Source of the DNA: Bugula neritina
Lineage: Eukaryota > Animalia > Bryozoa
Assembly (NCBI GenBank): GCA_964035545.1
Contig: CAXIUT010000213.1
Location: 1 to 12,833, forward strand
Length of the DNA stretch: 12,833 bases
Reading direction: 5' to 3'
A program made the position numbers and the translations under genes. Below are positions 1 to 11,183 of the stretch, in pieces (positions within the stretch are counted from its first letter, which is position 1; each line of letters starts with the position of its first letter). Below the pieces are notes generated by a model. It searched no databases, was not told where the DNA came from, and was given only the letters and a program-made list of their open reading frames with translations.

Positions 1-80
1 CCCAACCCCAACCCCAACCCCAACCCCAACCCCAACCCCAACCCCAACCCCAACCCCAACCCCAACCCAACCCCAACCCC
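1..80. repeat. Left terminal telomere (CCCCAA)n
   Basis: About 13 C4A2 units from base 1, starting 5'-CCCAA, with one C3A2 variant near 66-70. Same repeat as oligohymenophorean (Tetrahymena-type) macronuclear telomeres. Confidence 0.98.
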
Positions 81-126
81 ATATATTTTATTATGAAATA
101 GTAATTATTTGTAAAGTTCTATTTTG

Positions 127-975
127 ATGACCTTGAAATAAGAAATAGCTGAACTCTGTAAAACTATCTTTGCCTTTGAGGATGATGTTAGTCGTTTTGT
201 ATGTAGATAGCTTCTCTTAAAGAAAGATTTGTTCAATATATCCCTTACAACACCTTCACTTCTATGGAATCATATGTTCGGATAGAGTTGTAAGGAGTGT
301 AGTCAAGATATGATCAAAAACTTTTTCAAAAAACATGGATTCAATATAAAATAAAACTAACTTGAATTGGTTGTTGGAATATATAGTAGTTCAAAAGTAA
401 AAAGCTAAGCAAAATGGATTTATGGCATATATATAAACCTTTAACCATGAAAATGGTTGACTAGATTATCGAAGTAAGATAAAAAAAGTATGTTTTAGCT
501 AAAAGTCATCAAATGCACTTTAAAATAACTGATTTATTATGCTAGATCATGAAAAAAACAATTAATTTCATATCTATTGCAAAACTAAATGAAACAAAAC
601 ATCGTCACAGCCAATCCATAATCAATCAACATCCACCCCTTCGATAAACAACAGTAATAAAACTAATAACATAGTCTACAATTGTATTTACATCCTTTTG
701 CTGAACTACCGACTTAAAGATATAGACTTGATAATGAAACATATAATGCGTAACTAGCTTTTTTGCGATAAACATTCAAAGAGTACATGATACCAGTCGG
801 ATATGCAAGAGGAAGGTGCAATCCAATTACTAGCGGTAGAAAGAAGATGCAGAGGAGATGGGAGGGGCTGGAATTGATGAAATATCATTGGGAAAATGTA
901 GATTATATATAAAATAAAAGAAAAAAGAAACCTATCTACTTAATAGAATAAAAATGCAGAAAATAAAGACTATGA
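127..975 (+). CDS. Hypothetical protein, possibly degenerate EF-hand family; gene model uncertain
   Basis: ATG127 opens MTLKEEIAELCKTIFAFEDDVSRFVCRELLLKKDLF...MIKNFFKKHGFNIKENELELVVGIYSSSK (UAR=Glu). That frame stops at TGA 448-450. A protein-like continuation (KLSKMDLWHIYKP...) starts in another frame at about 402 and stops at 702-704, so at least two frame changes are needed. The end could be TGA 973-975, 992-994 or 1018-1020. Confidence 0.35.
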
Positions 976-1021
976 TATTGGTCTACATGGATGAATATAC
1001 TAAATTACATATTTAAATGAA

Positions 1022-2066
1022 TCATTTGTTTAGAGTATTCAGTTGTATATTTTTGAGTAGAATTTAATACTGCCTCATAAACTAGACTTCTCTTATTTTG
1101 ATATAATCAACTAGACTGAATTAGATCTTTTAGTTATCAATTTGTTTGAGCCCCACTATCATCCACACCAAATGCGATACAACTCGACCCAATTGGACGC
1201 ATCTTGTCCTCTCCTAGGGCTATTTTGGACAGTTATAGCTAACAGACAATTTATCGAAATAGAGTTCGATCATTTTGCATTTAGTGGGTTCAGATAATTC
1301 CAGTTCTTGCAAAATGTTAAATTTTTTAGAATATATAGTTGTAATTTAGTTAAAGAAATTAGCCAAGTCGTAGCCTATGATGTTGAATTGACTAAACTAG
1401 TAATCTAAAATATAAATTTATTTGTTATGGAGGAGAAGGTTACCCAGATGTAGATCATTATGAGCTAAAGCATATAAACTACTATCCATTTACTTTTATA
1501 TTTTATTCATTATTTCTTTACAGCCGAATATTTTTTTCTAGTGATTATTGGCATTGCTAGACTAGATGTGGACATTAGTTTTTCTTTTTTTGATAAATAG
1601 ATTGATATATGTTGAATAGCTATCTGAATTTGTATCTGGGGGTGATGTTGTTTTTGATGTTGTACTGCTAGACATTTTCTTTATATTTACACGAAAACTA
1701 TGATATTTTTTAAGTCATGGTAAGAAACATATCCTAATAAAATTTATTTTGATCAAGAGGCTAAGATTAAAGATACTGTTCTATCCTGAATGTAGGACTC
1801 GACTTGTATATAATAGGATATTGTTTGTTCTATGCCAATTTGGGTACAAGAAAAGCTTAGAGTTGACTATCAGCGAATTCAGGCAAAACTGTCTTATTGT
1901 ATATCTTCAAAACAAATGATTCAGTCTGTACTGTTGCCTTGTAGACATCATTAGAAAAGGAATATAGATTCTATATTGACACCATACCTGGATCGATCTC
2001 CATCTTTATTTATTTCTTGTAGTACTCGACTATTATCAGTTTAGCTTTGATTTATTTGTCCTCCAT
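1022..2066 (-). CDS. Choline/ethanolamine kinase family protein
   Basis: MEDKEIKAK...FSNDVYKA...FVLKIY...FRIEQY; Brenner-type motif AHNDLHLGNLL; choline-kinase motif ILDYEFSQFNIIGYDLANFFNE; C-terminal SHLVWMIVG and IEFSLVDYIKIR; TGA at 1024-1022. Needs one +1 frame correction, most simply at the T7 run 1531-1537. Confidence 0.9.
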
Positions 2067-2163
2067 TATCTACTAAATAATAATACTTATATCTATTAAA
2101 TAAATATTTGATATTTGATTTGAGTAAACTGATATTATTTAATAACGCTGTAAATAAAAGATA

Positions 2164-3312
2164 ATGAAAGAAGACACTTATCTTGACGACAACTCATAGT
2201 CAGTTCGTCTTTGGTTTCGTAATTGTTATAAAGAGGCTAAACTTCTAACTGTCAACTCTCCTTGTCCTCAACCTGATTTAATTTCTTTTGCTTCTCTTTG
2301 TTTTAACATTCCAGAATAATATGTCATTCTTTTCTACAACGGTTTTAAAATAAGTCATCAAGAAGCACTGATTCTTTTGGTTGATAAAACAATTTTACAT
2401 GTAATAGATCAAAGAAAAGTGAACTGTCCTTAAGTTATTATCAAAGTCAGACCTAGATGGAATGCAGCTTGTCATAAACTAGAAATACAAACAGATATAA
2501 CAGTTAAATAACTTATTGATAACTATCTTGTTCCAAGATATGGAATAGAATCAAAGTCATTTTTATTGGTTTATGTTGGAAAGTTTCTTAATCCAACAAA
2601 TTTAATTAGATAAGAGTCAATATAAGATCAATCTGAAATATTTTTAGTTTTAAAGAAAAAGAATAATTAAGATTGTCCTAAAGTAGCTATTGAACATCAT
2701 AGTTCAAAAAGAGTAGCTAAAAGTTCTCCATCAATAGGTACTAATGTTCCAGTTACTTATTTCACTTCATTACAATCTCTTAAGAAAAAACAACAACAAC
2801 CACAACAACTAAATAGTCAAAAAAGTAGTTAGTCTAAAATAGCACCTGATCAAATAGAACAATTACAACCTCTTATTCCTAATAGCTAAATAACATCTGT
2901 TGGACCTTTATAAAAATCAGCAATGTTATTTTCAAAAGATCTAGATAAAAAATAATTATAAAAAGCAGGAGCTGGAGCATCAAGTCATTCATCAGCAGCT
3001 CCACAAGCTAAAGTCTAAAGTCTGGTAGCCTCAGGGTCAGTATAAGAGAAAATATCAAAAGAAGAGAAAAGTTCAAGAGAAGAGAAAGGATCAAGAGAAG
3101 AGAAAGGATCAGGAGAGGCTTCAGCATAAATAAAGATAACAATAACAGGACAAGATAAAAATAAACTTAATTAATCAAATCTAAGTTACCAAAAGATTCT
3201 TTAGCTCTAATCTAAAAAAGGACCAAAAGCACAGACTTCATTAATAAAAGATTCAGGTCATCTTTAGCAGTTACTAGAAGATATACAAAAATAAAAATAA
3301 ACAGAAGAATGA
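2164..3312 (+). CDS. Protein with two tandem ubiquitin-like domains and a low-complexity tail
   Basis: Uninterrupted 382-aa ORF from ATG2164 to TGA3310-3312. The second domain reads VIIKVRP...LEIQTDITVKELI...YGIESKSFLLVYVGKFLNP...IEDQSEIFLVLK, a ubiquitin-fold pattern. The first domain has a similar FNIPEEYVILFYNGFKI...ILHVID. S/Q/E/K-rich tail. Domain call is by eye. Confidence 0.75.
3061..3114 (+). repeat. 18-bp coding tandem repeat x3 (EEKSSR-EEKGSR-EEKGSG)
   Basis: gaagagaaaagttcaaga / gaagagaaaggatcaaga / gaagagaaaggatcagga. Confidence 0.9.
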
Positions 3313-3426
3313 TATTGACCTAATAACATAAATGATATTGATCCTAATAGAATAAATCATAAATGATATTGATCCTAATAAATCTAAGTGAATATCATCA
3401 GTCAATCATAAGTGAATATCATCAGT
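3308..3426. repeat. Cluster of short duplications filling a convergent intergenic region
   Basis: AATGATATTGA(T)CCTAATA at 3308-3325, 3331-3349 and 3362-3380; TAAGTGAATATCATCAGT at 3385-3402 and 3409-3426. Confidence 0.9.
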
Positions 3427-4836
3427 AATTCTTTACCTTACTACAGGCAATAACAATATATTTTTAACTATTTTGCTCAACATAGGTAGCTATGCCTATC
3501 TGAACATCATTTGTAACTTTTAAATAGCTAATAACTATCCTTCTTTTACTTGTCCTCGATATCTCATCCATACATGCTTGTCTAACTCTACTATAGTATC
3601 TAGAAGTGCATTTACTGTCTCAAAAGACTACTTTGATATGTTAGAATTGAGTTATTAATATATTTGATTTATTCTATTGATAGTTTGTTTTTTTAGTTAA
3701 GTTTTTATGTCAAGTTTTTTTTATTGTTTTTCACGTTATATAAATAATTATTAATCGACAGGTTCTAAACAAACAGAATAGTTATGTATTGATTAAGTTT
3801 TGACATATTTTTTACTAAACTAATCTTTAGAAACTTACTCAGTTAGTTCAGAAAGACTTTGTTCTTATATTTAACTTTTACTGACTGATAGATCACAACT
3901 GCTTACTTCAGAATCCATGAACTATAACATCAACCATTAAATCAAATCATAGAACATTATCATATTCTTTTTAGTATTTTAGTTGAAAAACATTTTGGCT
4001 GTTAACTAGTTGTATAATACTTAAAATGGTTTAGGTTTTGATTTAGAACAGTAAAGATTTTAAGTTTGTAAAATATTTAAAAATAAAGTGACTTACTATT
4101 CTGTTATTCCTTTTTCATATGGATTAGTTCTTAATCTATATCCTAAAACAGATGAACCTTGATTTTTATTATTTCTTCTATCTAATATCTTCTAAGTAGT
4201 TATTTGCTCTAGCATTGACCTCAATATTAAAAAGTAAATCAGAACATCAGTTGACCATTTCTATGATATAAAGTTACTAAATAAACGAACCCCATCAACC
4301 TTCGAATAGTGGTTAATTGATTCTATTAGATTAACTAGAGTTTGTTAGATTTTTAACTTTTATTTAAGAGAAGTTATTATGTTGTATACCCATGAGATAA
4401 ACTATGTCTTACCTAGTTGTTTATTCTTCTTGTATTAAATCCAAAACTTCTAATATAAACTTTATATTGTCTACATCAACTGACAAAGACTCATCCTCTT
4501 TGAATATATATAAACTTCAACCGATGGATGCAATGTCTAAAATTTAGATAACTCACCCATCTTAACAACAACCCTACTCAATGCTTTCTTAGTAGGCAAT
4601 AGTATACCTTATCCTTTTTTATTTTATTTCGACTTTGTTTTAGTTTTATTTACTGATTAAATATTACTAATATTGCTTAGAGGTAGATCACTATTTGATT
4701 GAACTTGAGTGGGATCGACTTTGAACTGAGCTATGAATTGATCATTTCTTTTAGTGAATTAAAGGTTGGATTGAGCTAGTAGTTGAACATAAAATTTCTT
4801 TTGGGTTTATGAAAGTGTGGAAAGGTCGATCTACAT
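3406..4836 (-). CDS. Hypothetical alpha-helical protein (476 aa)
   Basis: Uninterrupted ORF from ATG4836 to TGA3408-3406 with UAR=Glu. The core KRMSLCQLMETIESLYEKFW...LVNLIESINHYSKVDGVRLFSNFISEKWSTDVLIYFLILRSML loosely recalls TSNAXIP1-like ciliate proteins (weak inference). Confidence 0.8.
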
Positions 4837-4878
4837 CTATCTATTATTAACGTTTATAATAATACTAATTTTATCAAA

Positions 4879-5910
4879 TCATTCAAGTCCTTTCTTCTTC
4901 ATATCATTTATAAACTATTTCCTTTGTTTTAAAAATTCAGGAGCAAATACTCCCATCCAAAGTAAGTTGAAAAACCAATAAGGAACTAAGTTATAAATAA
5001 AACTTTGTATTTTATGAGAGATATGACCATTCGTTACTTTCTAATGTCCCCAGTCATTTATTATTCCTTTAGCACATTGGGAAGGAGTAATAGTAAAAAG
5101 ATCTAAATTTTTAAATCCAGTCATAAAAGTTGATACTTCTGAAGGATTAACTAATAACCAATCTATTTATGGAACCTATTAAGCTACATTTTTAGTTAAT
5201 TTTGAAACATAGGCCTTAGAAGCAGAGTACAAACCTTCGATTGGTAATGGCAAATCACCTAAATATATATAATAATTTACCAGCAATAGAAGCAATATTG
5301 ACTATAGCACATTTTTTACCATTTTTTATTTTCTATTTAAAAATCTGACCAAATTTATAAGTCAAAGCACAGACACAGAAACAATTGATGTTGATTAGAT
5401 TGATAACTTGAGAAGTAGTATGATTATGAAAGTAGTCTAATAAATCCATGCCAGCATTATTAACAACTATTGATAAGTCAAATTTATTTAATTCAGGTAA
5501 AACTGAGTCGATTTATTACTTTTGTCCTTCTTCTGAAAGATCAGCAACTATGTATTCTACTTTTATTTGAGGATATTTTTACTCTAATTATGTTTTAGCT
5601 TTCTTTAGTTTTGATTATTTTCTTGCCAAAAGTACAATATTCATACCTTAACTAGCAAGTTATTCAGCTATCTATCTTCCTATTCCTTTCTTATTAAATA
5701 TGTACCTTCTGAACTTCCAGTAATAAGAGCCCATGCACCTTTACCATATCTTTAAATGAAATTGATTCTTTTTCTGAAGAGTTTGAATATTCCAAGAAAG
5801 GCTTTGATCAAAAAGGTGAGAAGAGGAACAGCTCCGAAAAATATACATATATAGTAGAGAAGAGGGCTAAATATGTAGATGGAGTTGAGGATAGATGTGA
5901 ATATGGACAT
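4879..5910 (-). CDS. Short-chain dehydrogenase/reductase, 17-beta-HSD12 / very-long-chain 3-oxoacyl-CoA reductase type
   Basis: Hydrophobic N-terminus; YGKGAWALITGSSEGIGREIAEELA (TGxxxGIG), VNNAG, AIVNIASIAG, catalytic YSASK. Two introns (5686-5705, 5259-5280). TGA at 4881-4879. Confidence 0.93.
5259..5280 (-). other. 22-nt spliceosomal intron
   Basis: GTAAATTATTATATATATTTAG; removal restores ASIAG-DLPLP...YSASK. Confidence 0.9.
5686..5705 (-). other. 20-nt spliceosomal intron
   Basis: GTACATATTTAATAAGAAAG; removal restores TGSSEGIG. Confidence 0.9.
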
Positions 5911-6038
5911 AGATATTATATTAAATAACTAATATGAATAAAATCAACTAAAAAAAAGATGATTAAAGAATATTTATTTAATATTTTTAATTATTTTTTG
6001 AAGGATGACAAATTTCTATTATTTATAATACTAACAGA

Positions 6039-7478
6039 ATGTCAGTTATCGCAAGTCTACAATCAAATTTATCCAAAGAATTACTTTAAACTAAGACAGC
6101 ACTAACTTCTGAGTTATTTATTTTCAATTCAATGCTTCAACACTTCAAAACAACTATTTCTTAAACTCTTTCCACATACTCTTCTCATTACTAGTAAAAT
6201 ATCAATAAATTGAAGGAAGAAGTGACTAATCTTAAGTGTGAAAATACTTTTTTACAATAGCAAAATTAATAATTAGATAAATAGTTGAAGCAGAATAGTT
6301 AGGATAGGAAGGATTTGAGTAATAATTATTAGAAAATAAGTTAAGAAAATAAATACAATGAATAAAAGGTGTAATAACTAAAAAGATAAATAAAAATAAT
6401 TCGTAGTTATCTGCAGTAATATCAATAAATGCATAACAAATAATAATAGCAAATAGTTAATTTCGATTAATAGTAGCCTTCTCAGATGTATGATGGGTTA
6501 TAAACTATCAAATAAGTCAGTTAGTATGATATGTCAGTATCAGCATCGATGTAGTCTTTGGTTTCCAATCAGGATATACCTGTTTTTGACGATAAAACTA
6601 ATATAGTAACATAGTTGACATAGAAAGATAAGTGTTAAGTGAATAATTATCAAGATGCTCTTTAAATATTGAAAAATTATAATAATGGTACTATGATCAA
6701 AAAGAATAAAAAAGATAATCAAGAAAATCAACCTTAAACAATATCTTCAAAATAGAATCATGTCAAACAAGGATGTAATGTTACGATAGCAAAAATAAAA
6801 AAAATGAGAAAAATATAAAGTCTAGAATTAGAAAGTACATATACAATCAAATAAGAACAGAAAGAATCAAGAAATAGTAGAAATGAACTGAAAGGATAAA
6901 ATAAAGATCAATCTTCATCAAAAAAAGATCAATCTTCATCAAAGATAGTACCAACAGATAGACTAAGCATCTGTACTACTAGAACTCCTTCTCAGTAAAT
7001 CATTTCACTAGAATAACCGATCAAAAATATCAATCAAATTATCCAATCTATCAATAGCAGTTGTCAACCGCCTTCTAACATTTTAAAAATAAGAATAGAT
7101 ACATGTAAAATATACTACTCTAACTCTTTAGTCTATCAAGGCAGATGTAACTAGTTTGACCTTCCAGAAGGGTTTGGAAAACTAACTTTAAATGGATAAA
7201 TAGTTTATCAAGGAGAATGGAGACAAGGAAAACTACATGGTTGGGGTAAACTTGTCCTCTTGCCTTTTTCTAAATCTAAATAAAGAGCTGTGATTCAAGT
7301 AGATGGTAACTTTAGATGCGGACGTTTGGAAGGTAACTCAGTTTGTGTGTTCAATACTGGATAGAAGTTTATGGGAGTTATCAGACATGGATAAATATAG
7401 CAAGAAGGAACCTTTGTTAGCTAGAAAGGAATACTTACAGGACATTGGGAAAACAGTTGTCTTGTCATGCTCATATGA
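6039..7478 (+). CDS. MORN-repeat protein with N-terminal coiled coil (479 aa)
   Basis: Uninterrupted ORF. C-terminal YQGRCNEFDLPEGFGKL, YQGEWRQGKLHGWGKL, VDGNFRCGRLEG and TGHWENS are MORN-type repeats. TGA at 7476-7478. Confidence 0.88.
6903..6944 (+). repeat. 21-bp coding tandem duplication (KDQSSSK x2)
   Basis: aaagatcaatcttcatcaaaa / aaagatcaatcttcatcaaag. Confidence 0.9.
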
Positions 7479-7567
7479 ATATTATATTTACTTATTAATA
7501 TTACTAGCAAATTTATATTATTTCCATTGATTATAGGAATTAGAATATTTTTAATTTATTTTCTTCT

Positions 7568-8920
7568 ATGTCCTTAAAACTATCAGACTTCGAAACTATC
7601 CGTGACTTAGGTACTGGCTCTTTTGGATCAGTTAAATTAGTCAAAAAAAAAGACAATCAACAAGTTCTAGCACTCAAAACAGTGTCTCTCAGTAGACTCA
7701 GTCAAAAGGATAAAGATAATGCACTTAATGAAGTACGATTGCTAGCATCTATTCATATCCCTAATGTTATTGCTTACAAAGCTTCTTTATTTGATCAATA
7801 AACAAATTCACTTTGTATTTTTATGTAGTATGCTGATGGTGGAGATCTTACAGTATTTATTTTATTATCTTTAGGCTAAAATACAAGAACTTCGAGAAGA
7901 AAACTAGCCTAGAGGTTTTGATGAGAAATATGTCTGGAAAGTAGCTTATGAAATTCTTAATGGTTTGAATATGTTACACTCTAACAAGATTATTCATAGA
8001 GATATTAAAAGTGCCAACATATTCTTTGTAAATGGTATTGCCAAACTAGGAGATCTCAATGTAAGTAAGGTAGCTGATCATGGTATGTGCTAGACCCAAA
8101 CAGGTACTCCTTATTATACTAGTCCATAAATATGGCAAGGAAAGAAGTATGGAAGTAAATGTGATATTTGGTCTCTTGGAGTTCTTTTGTATGAAATGTG
8201 TACTTTAAAAATGCCTTTTAAAGCACATGATTTTCCTTCTTTGTATCGGACAGTTGTAGAAGGATAGTATACACCTCTACCTACTCATTTTTCATCAGAA
8301 ATACATAATTTAGTTAGAATGTGTCTCATTGTAGAATAAGAAATGAGACCTTCAGCTTCAGAATTGTTATAAACTACTGTTCTAAAAGGAATGGAAATGA
8401 GTCTTTCTTCTTTTAATGCTTAAGAAGGATAAGTCAGATTGATTGATCCGATTAAATGTCCAAAAGTTTTAAGATATTTAGCAGTTAAACTACCAAAACC
8501 AAGATTCTAAGAAAAGAAGGTGACTTTCAATAAATCTTTTAAAAAAGAAGGAGAATAAAATTCATTCAAGATAAAAAGTGTTAGAAAGATAAGATCCTAA
8601 AAACATATTCAAATGTAAGACAATGAACCGAGTATTATGAATAGTCCAAAAGTTTCTAATAAAATCAGATCAAGAAAGATAATAAATTTAGATGACTAAT
8701 AACATCCAAAACTTAATAAATTAGAGAAAGTAGGATCAAAGAAGAATATCAGATTACCTAAATTATAAAATGAATCAAAAGTGCTTTTGCCTCCTATCCA
8801 AAACAAAGATGAATAAAAAAAATCTCTAAAACATATTGGTTCATCTCGAAAAGTACATATGAAATAATATAGTTAATAAACACTTTAGCTAGACACATAA
8901 GACTAGAGAAATAAAACTGA
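7568..8920 (+). CDS. NIMA-related (NEK) Ser/Thr protein kinase
   Basis: LGTGSFGSV, ALK, NALNEVRLLASI, FMEYADGGDL, HRDIKSANIF, KLGDLNVSK, TQTGTPYYTSPEIW, DIWSLG. Intron at 7853-7874. The 3' end is uncertain: the frame as written reaches TGA 9021-9023 and overlaps the next gene. TGA 8918-8920, just before a T-rich spacer, is more plausible if one base is missing. Confidence 0.93.
7853..7874 (+). other. 22-nt spliceosomal intron
   Basis: GTATTTATTTTATTATCTTTAG; removal gives GGDLT-AKIQEL and the downstream kinase frame. Confidence 0.9.
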
Positions 8921-8979
8921 TTCCTTTCTTCATTTTACTTTATTTTATCAATTTTATCAATTAGTATATAATAATAACA

Positions 8980-10680
8980 ATGATTTAAATGGTAAGAAGA
9001 ACTTCTGTGGGTAAAATAACTGACTGGAGACATGACTTTCTTACCCTTCTGACAAAAAACCTACTTCAAGCAGAACAAGACAAAAACAACCTTAACCCAC
9101 TAGCTAACAATACTAATCTTTTCAAAATAATCAAAGATGATATAATTAGTCGATAGTTTCTTGATGTATTGGTTACTCATAAAGAAAGAGATGTTCTTGT
9201 TATTGGAGTATTACTACCTAAATCACTATTGATAACAGTTAAATAAATATTACTAGGATCTGAAGGAGGAGAGAGATAAATCAATGGAGGTATTTTGTAT
9301 GGAACTTTTCGATAAAAGAATCAAAAACATCAAGTCAATACTTTATATCTATTTTTGTAGACAGATAAAGTAGTTGATGGGAGATTAGAATTAAACTAAA
9401 AATTACTTTATAATATTTCAATGATTTGGATAACAACTGAAAGTCTAGCTAGAAGAAGGTGTTCTTTATGGTAAAGTAGATAATAAATATTTAAAAAGAA
9501 TTCAACTTTGTTAATTATTAAAGAAGAACATGCAGCAATAAACGAATAATTTATGTAAAAACTATAAAGTATATTTTGGAGTGTACTATCAATAACTCAT
9601 GCAGATCTTCAAAGTAAACAGCAATTCAAAATGGGAAATTAACTGACTCCTAAAATGGCATATAGACAGGCTTATAACTAGCTGGCTGAAGAAGATGAAG
9701 AGGTACTTTTTAGATCAAAAATATTTTAATTATAAAAAATAACACTAAAAAACAATCATAATTATAGTTTATGTCTTTTTTGTTTACCTTTTCTTTATTT
9801 TATTTGTTGCGTAATTCGATAATAGCAAAGAAATATCAAACAGCTTATTTAGATATCAATAAATGGATATTTCAAATTGATAGAAGAACAGTTATAAATA
9901 TTTTTAGATGGGTTGAAATTGCCAATAGATTAACTTAAGTTAAGAAACATTATAGGAACATAATTAAAAAGAATAATGATTGCTGTTAGAAAAAATATAA
10001 TACAATTTCAAGGATTATTCAAAAATGTAGATTATCTTTATAGATTTATAGATAATTTGACTAGAATATTATCAATAAAATAAAAATAATTTTATTAAAG
10101 AAATATATAAAAAGCTACTATCTATAATGAAGATCTTCTTTAAAAACTATATAGTCATTTAATAGAAAAGAAATTCAATTAAAATTTATCAGAAAGAGCA
10201 CTTAAAGATTATCAAATGGATTTCCAACATTTACTTGATACATATGGTAGCTAGAGTATAAGAGCTACTACACAACTAAAAACATTTAATGATTTTATGT
10301 CACATAAAAAGATAGATTACTTCTAAAATTTATAAAAAGAATTATCTTAATCTAAAAGAAGATATTCTAATTAAAAATAGTAATTAAAAGATAGGTTGGA
10401 TATTCAGGTAGGTGTCTTATAAACTTTAGAAGAATAGATTAAAGAATTGGAAGGGAAAAGACAACTAATAGATAGGTAGAATAGTCATTTAAAGAAAAAT
10501 ATAAATGATTTGAAAAATAAAAATAGATAACATAATATATCTAGTTCACCACTAATGCCTAGGAAAAAACCAAGGATGATAGAAAGTAGTAGTTTGTATA
10601 AGTAAAGTAGGTTTTCTTATAAAAGAAAAGATAAATAATAAAAAGGATGTTGTAGTACTTGTTGTTGTTAAGTTATGTGA
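8980..10680 (+). CDS. Coiled-coil protein with C-terminal Cys cluster/CaaX; probable degenerate guanylate-binding-protein-like (566 aa)
   Basis: Uninterrupted ORF from ATG8980 (or 8989) to TGA10678-10680, ending KGCCSTCCCEVM. The N-terminal FKII...EFLDVL...DVLVIGVL and helical YNEDLLEKLYSHLIEKKF...DYQMDFQHLLDTY resemble GBP architecture, but there is no GxxxxGKS. ORF is confident, family is inferred. Confidence 0.75.
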
Positions 10681-10723
10681 TTAATATTTGTATCTAATTA
10701 ATAGAGATAGTTACTATTATTTT

Positions 10724-10803
10724 GGGTTGGGGTTGGGGTTGGGGTTGGGGTTGGGGTTGGGGTTGGGGTTGGGGTTGGGGTTGGGGTTGGGGTTGGGGTT
10801 GGG
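10724..10803. repeat. Internal telomeric tract 1 (GGGGTT)n, 80 nt
   Basis: G4T2 array starting 43 nt after the TGA at 10680. Ends TTGGG, followed by unique AT-rich sequence. Confidence 0.98.
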
Positions 10804-11183
10804 TATTAAACTTAATCAGTTATAGTATGTCAAAGATAATGAGTTTATTTTACTAAAAATTTTAATTTAAAGATATTGATTATTAACTATGATGAACTAT
10901 CAGTTTTATTTTTTGTTAGTTTAAAAAATATATATATTTGGATACTATTTTATTCTTTGAATTTCTGGATTAAGAAGAAGAAAAATGGTTATTATCTCTT
11001 TATTTAAACAGTTCATATGATTATCTTATAGTCTTATTGATTATTTAGTGATAAAATTCTTATCTTTTATCAACATAAATATAAATATTGATCAATAGAA
11101 GTTTAAACATTAATTCTGATCATGATATTAAATGTTTACTGAAATAGATTAATATGTATTCCCTTATATAAAATATAAAATAT

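Noticed and set aside
370-389. 20-nt GT-AG intron fixing the gene 1 frame
   Set aside because: Frame-compatible, but it starts GTT and is G-rich, unlike the four GTA, AT-rich introns; not supported enough.
3308-3426. CRISPR-like repeat-spacer array
   Set aside because: Eukaryotic context, spacers of only 4-12 nt, two different units and no cas genes.
1022-5910. Lipid-metabolism gene cluster (choline kinase plus KAR-type SDR)
   Set aside because: Separated by unrelated genes; no evidence of functional clustering.
6540-6731. Supplied 63-aa minus-strand ORF
   Set aside because: Antisense shadow of the MORN gene; artefact of the standard code.
7303-7530. Supplied 75-aa plus-strand ORF
   Set aside because: Off-frame overlap with the MORN repeats, which are in another frame.
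7568-7801. Supplied 77-aa ORF as a complete or truncated kinase
   Set aside because: TAA 7799-7801 is a sense codon; the NEK domain continues.
10901-11076. About 58-aa minus-strand ORF (MLIKDKNF...)
   Set aside because: Short and without motifs; expected by chance when TGA is the only stop.
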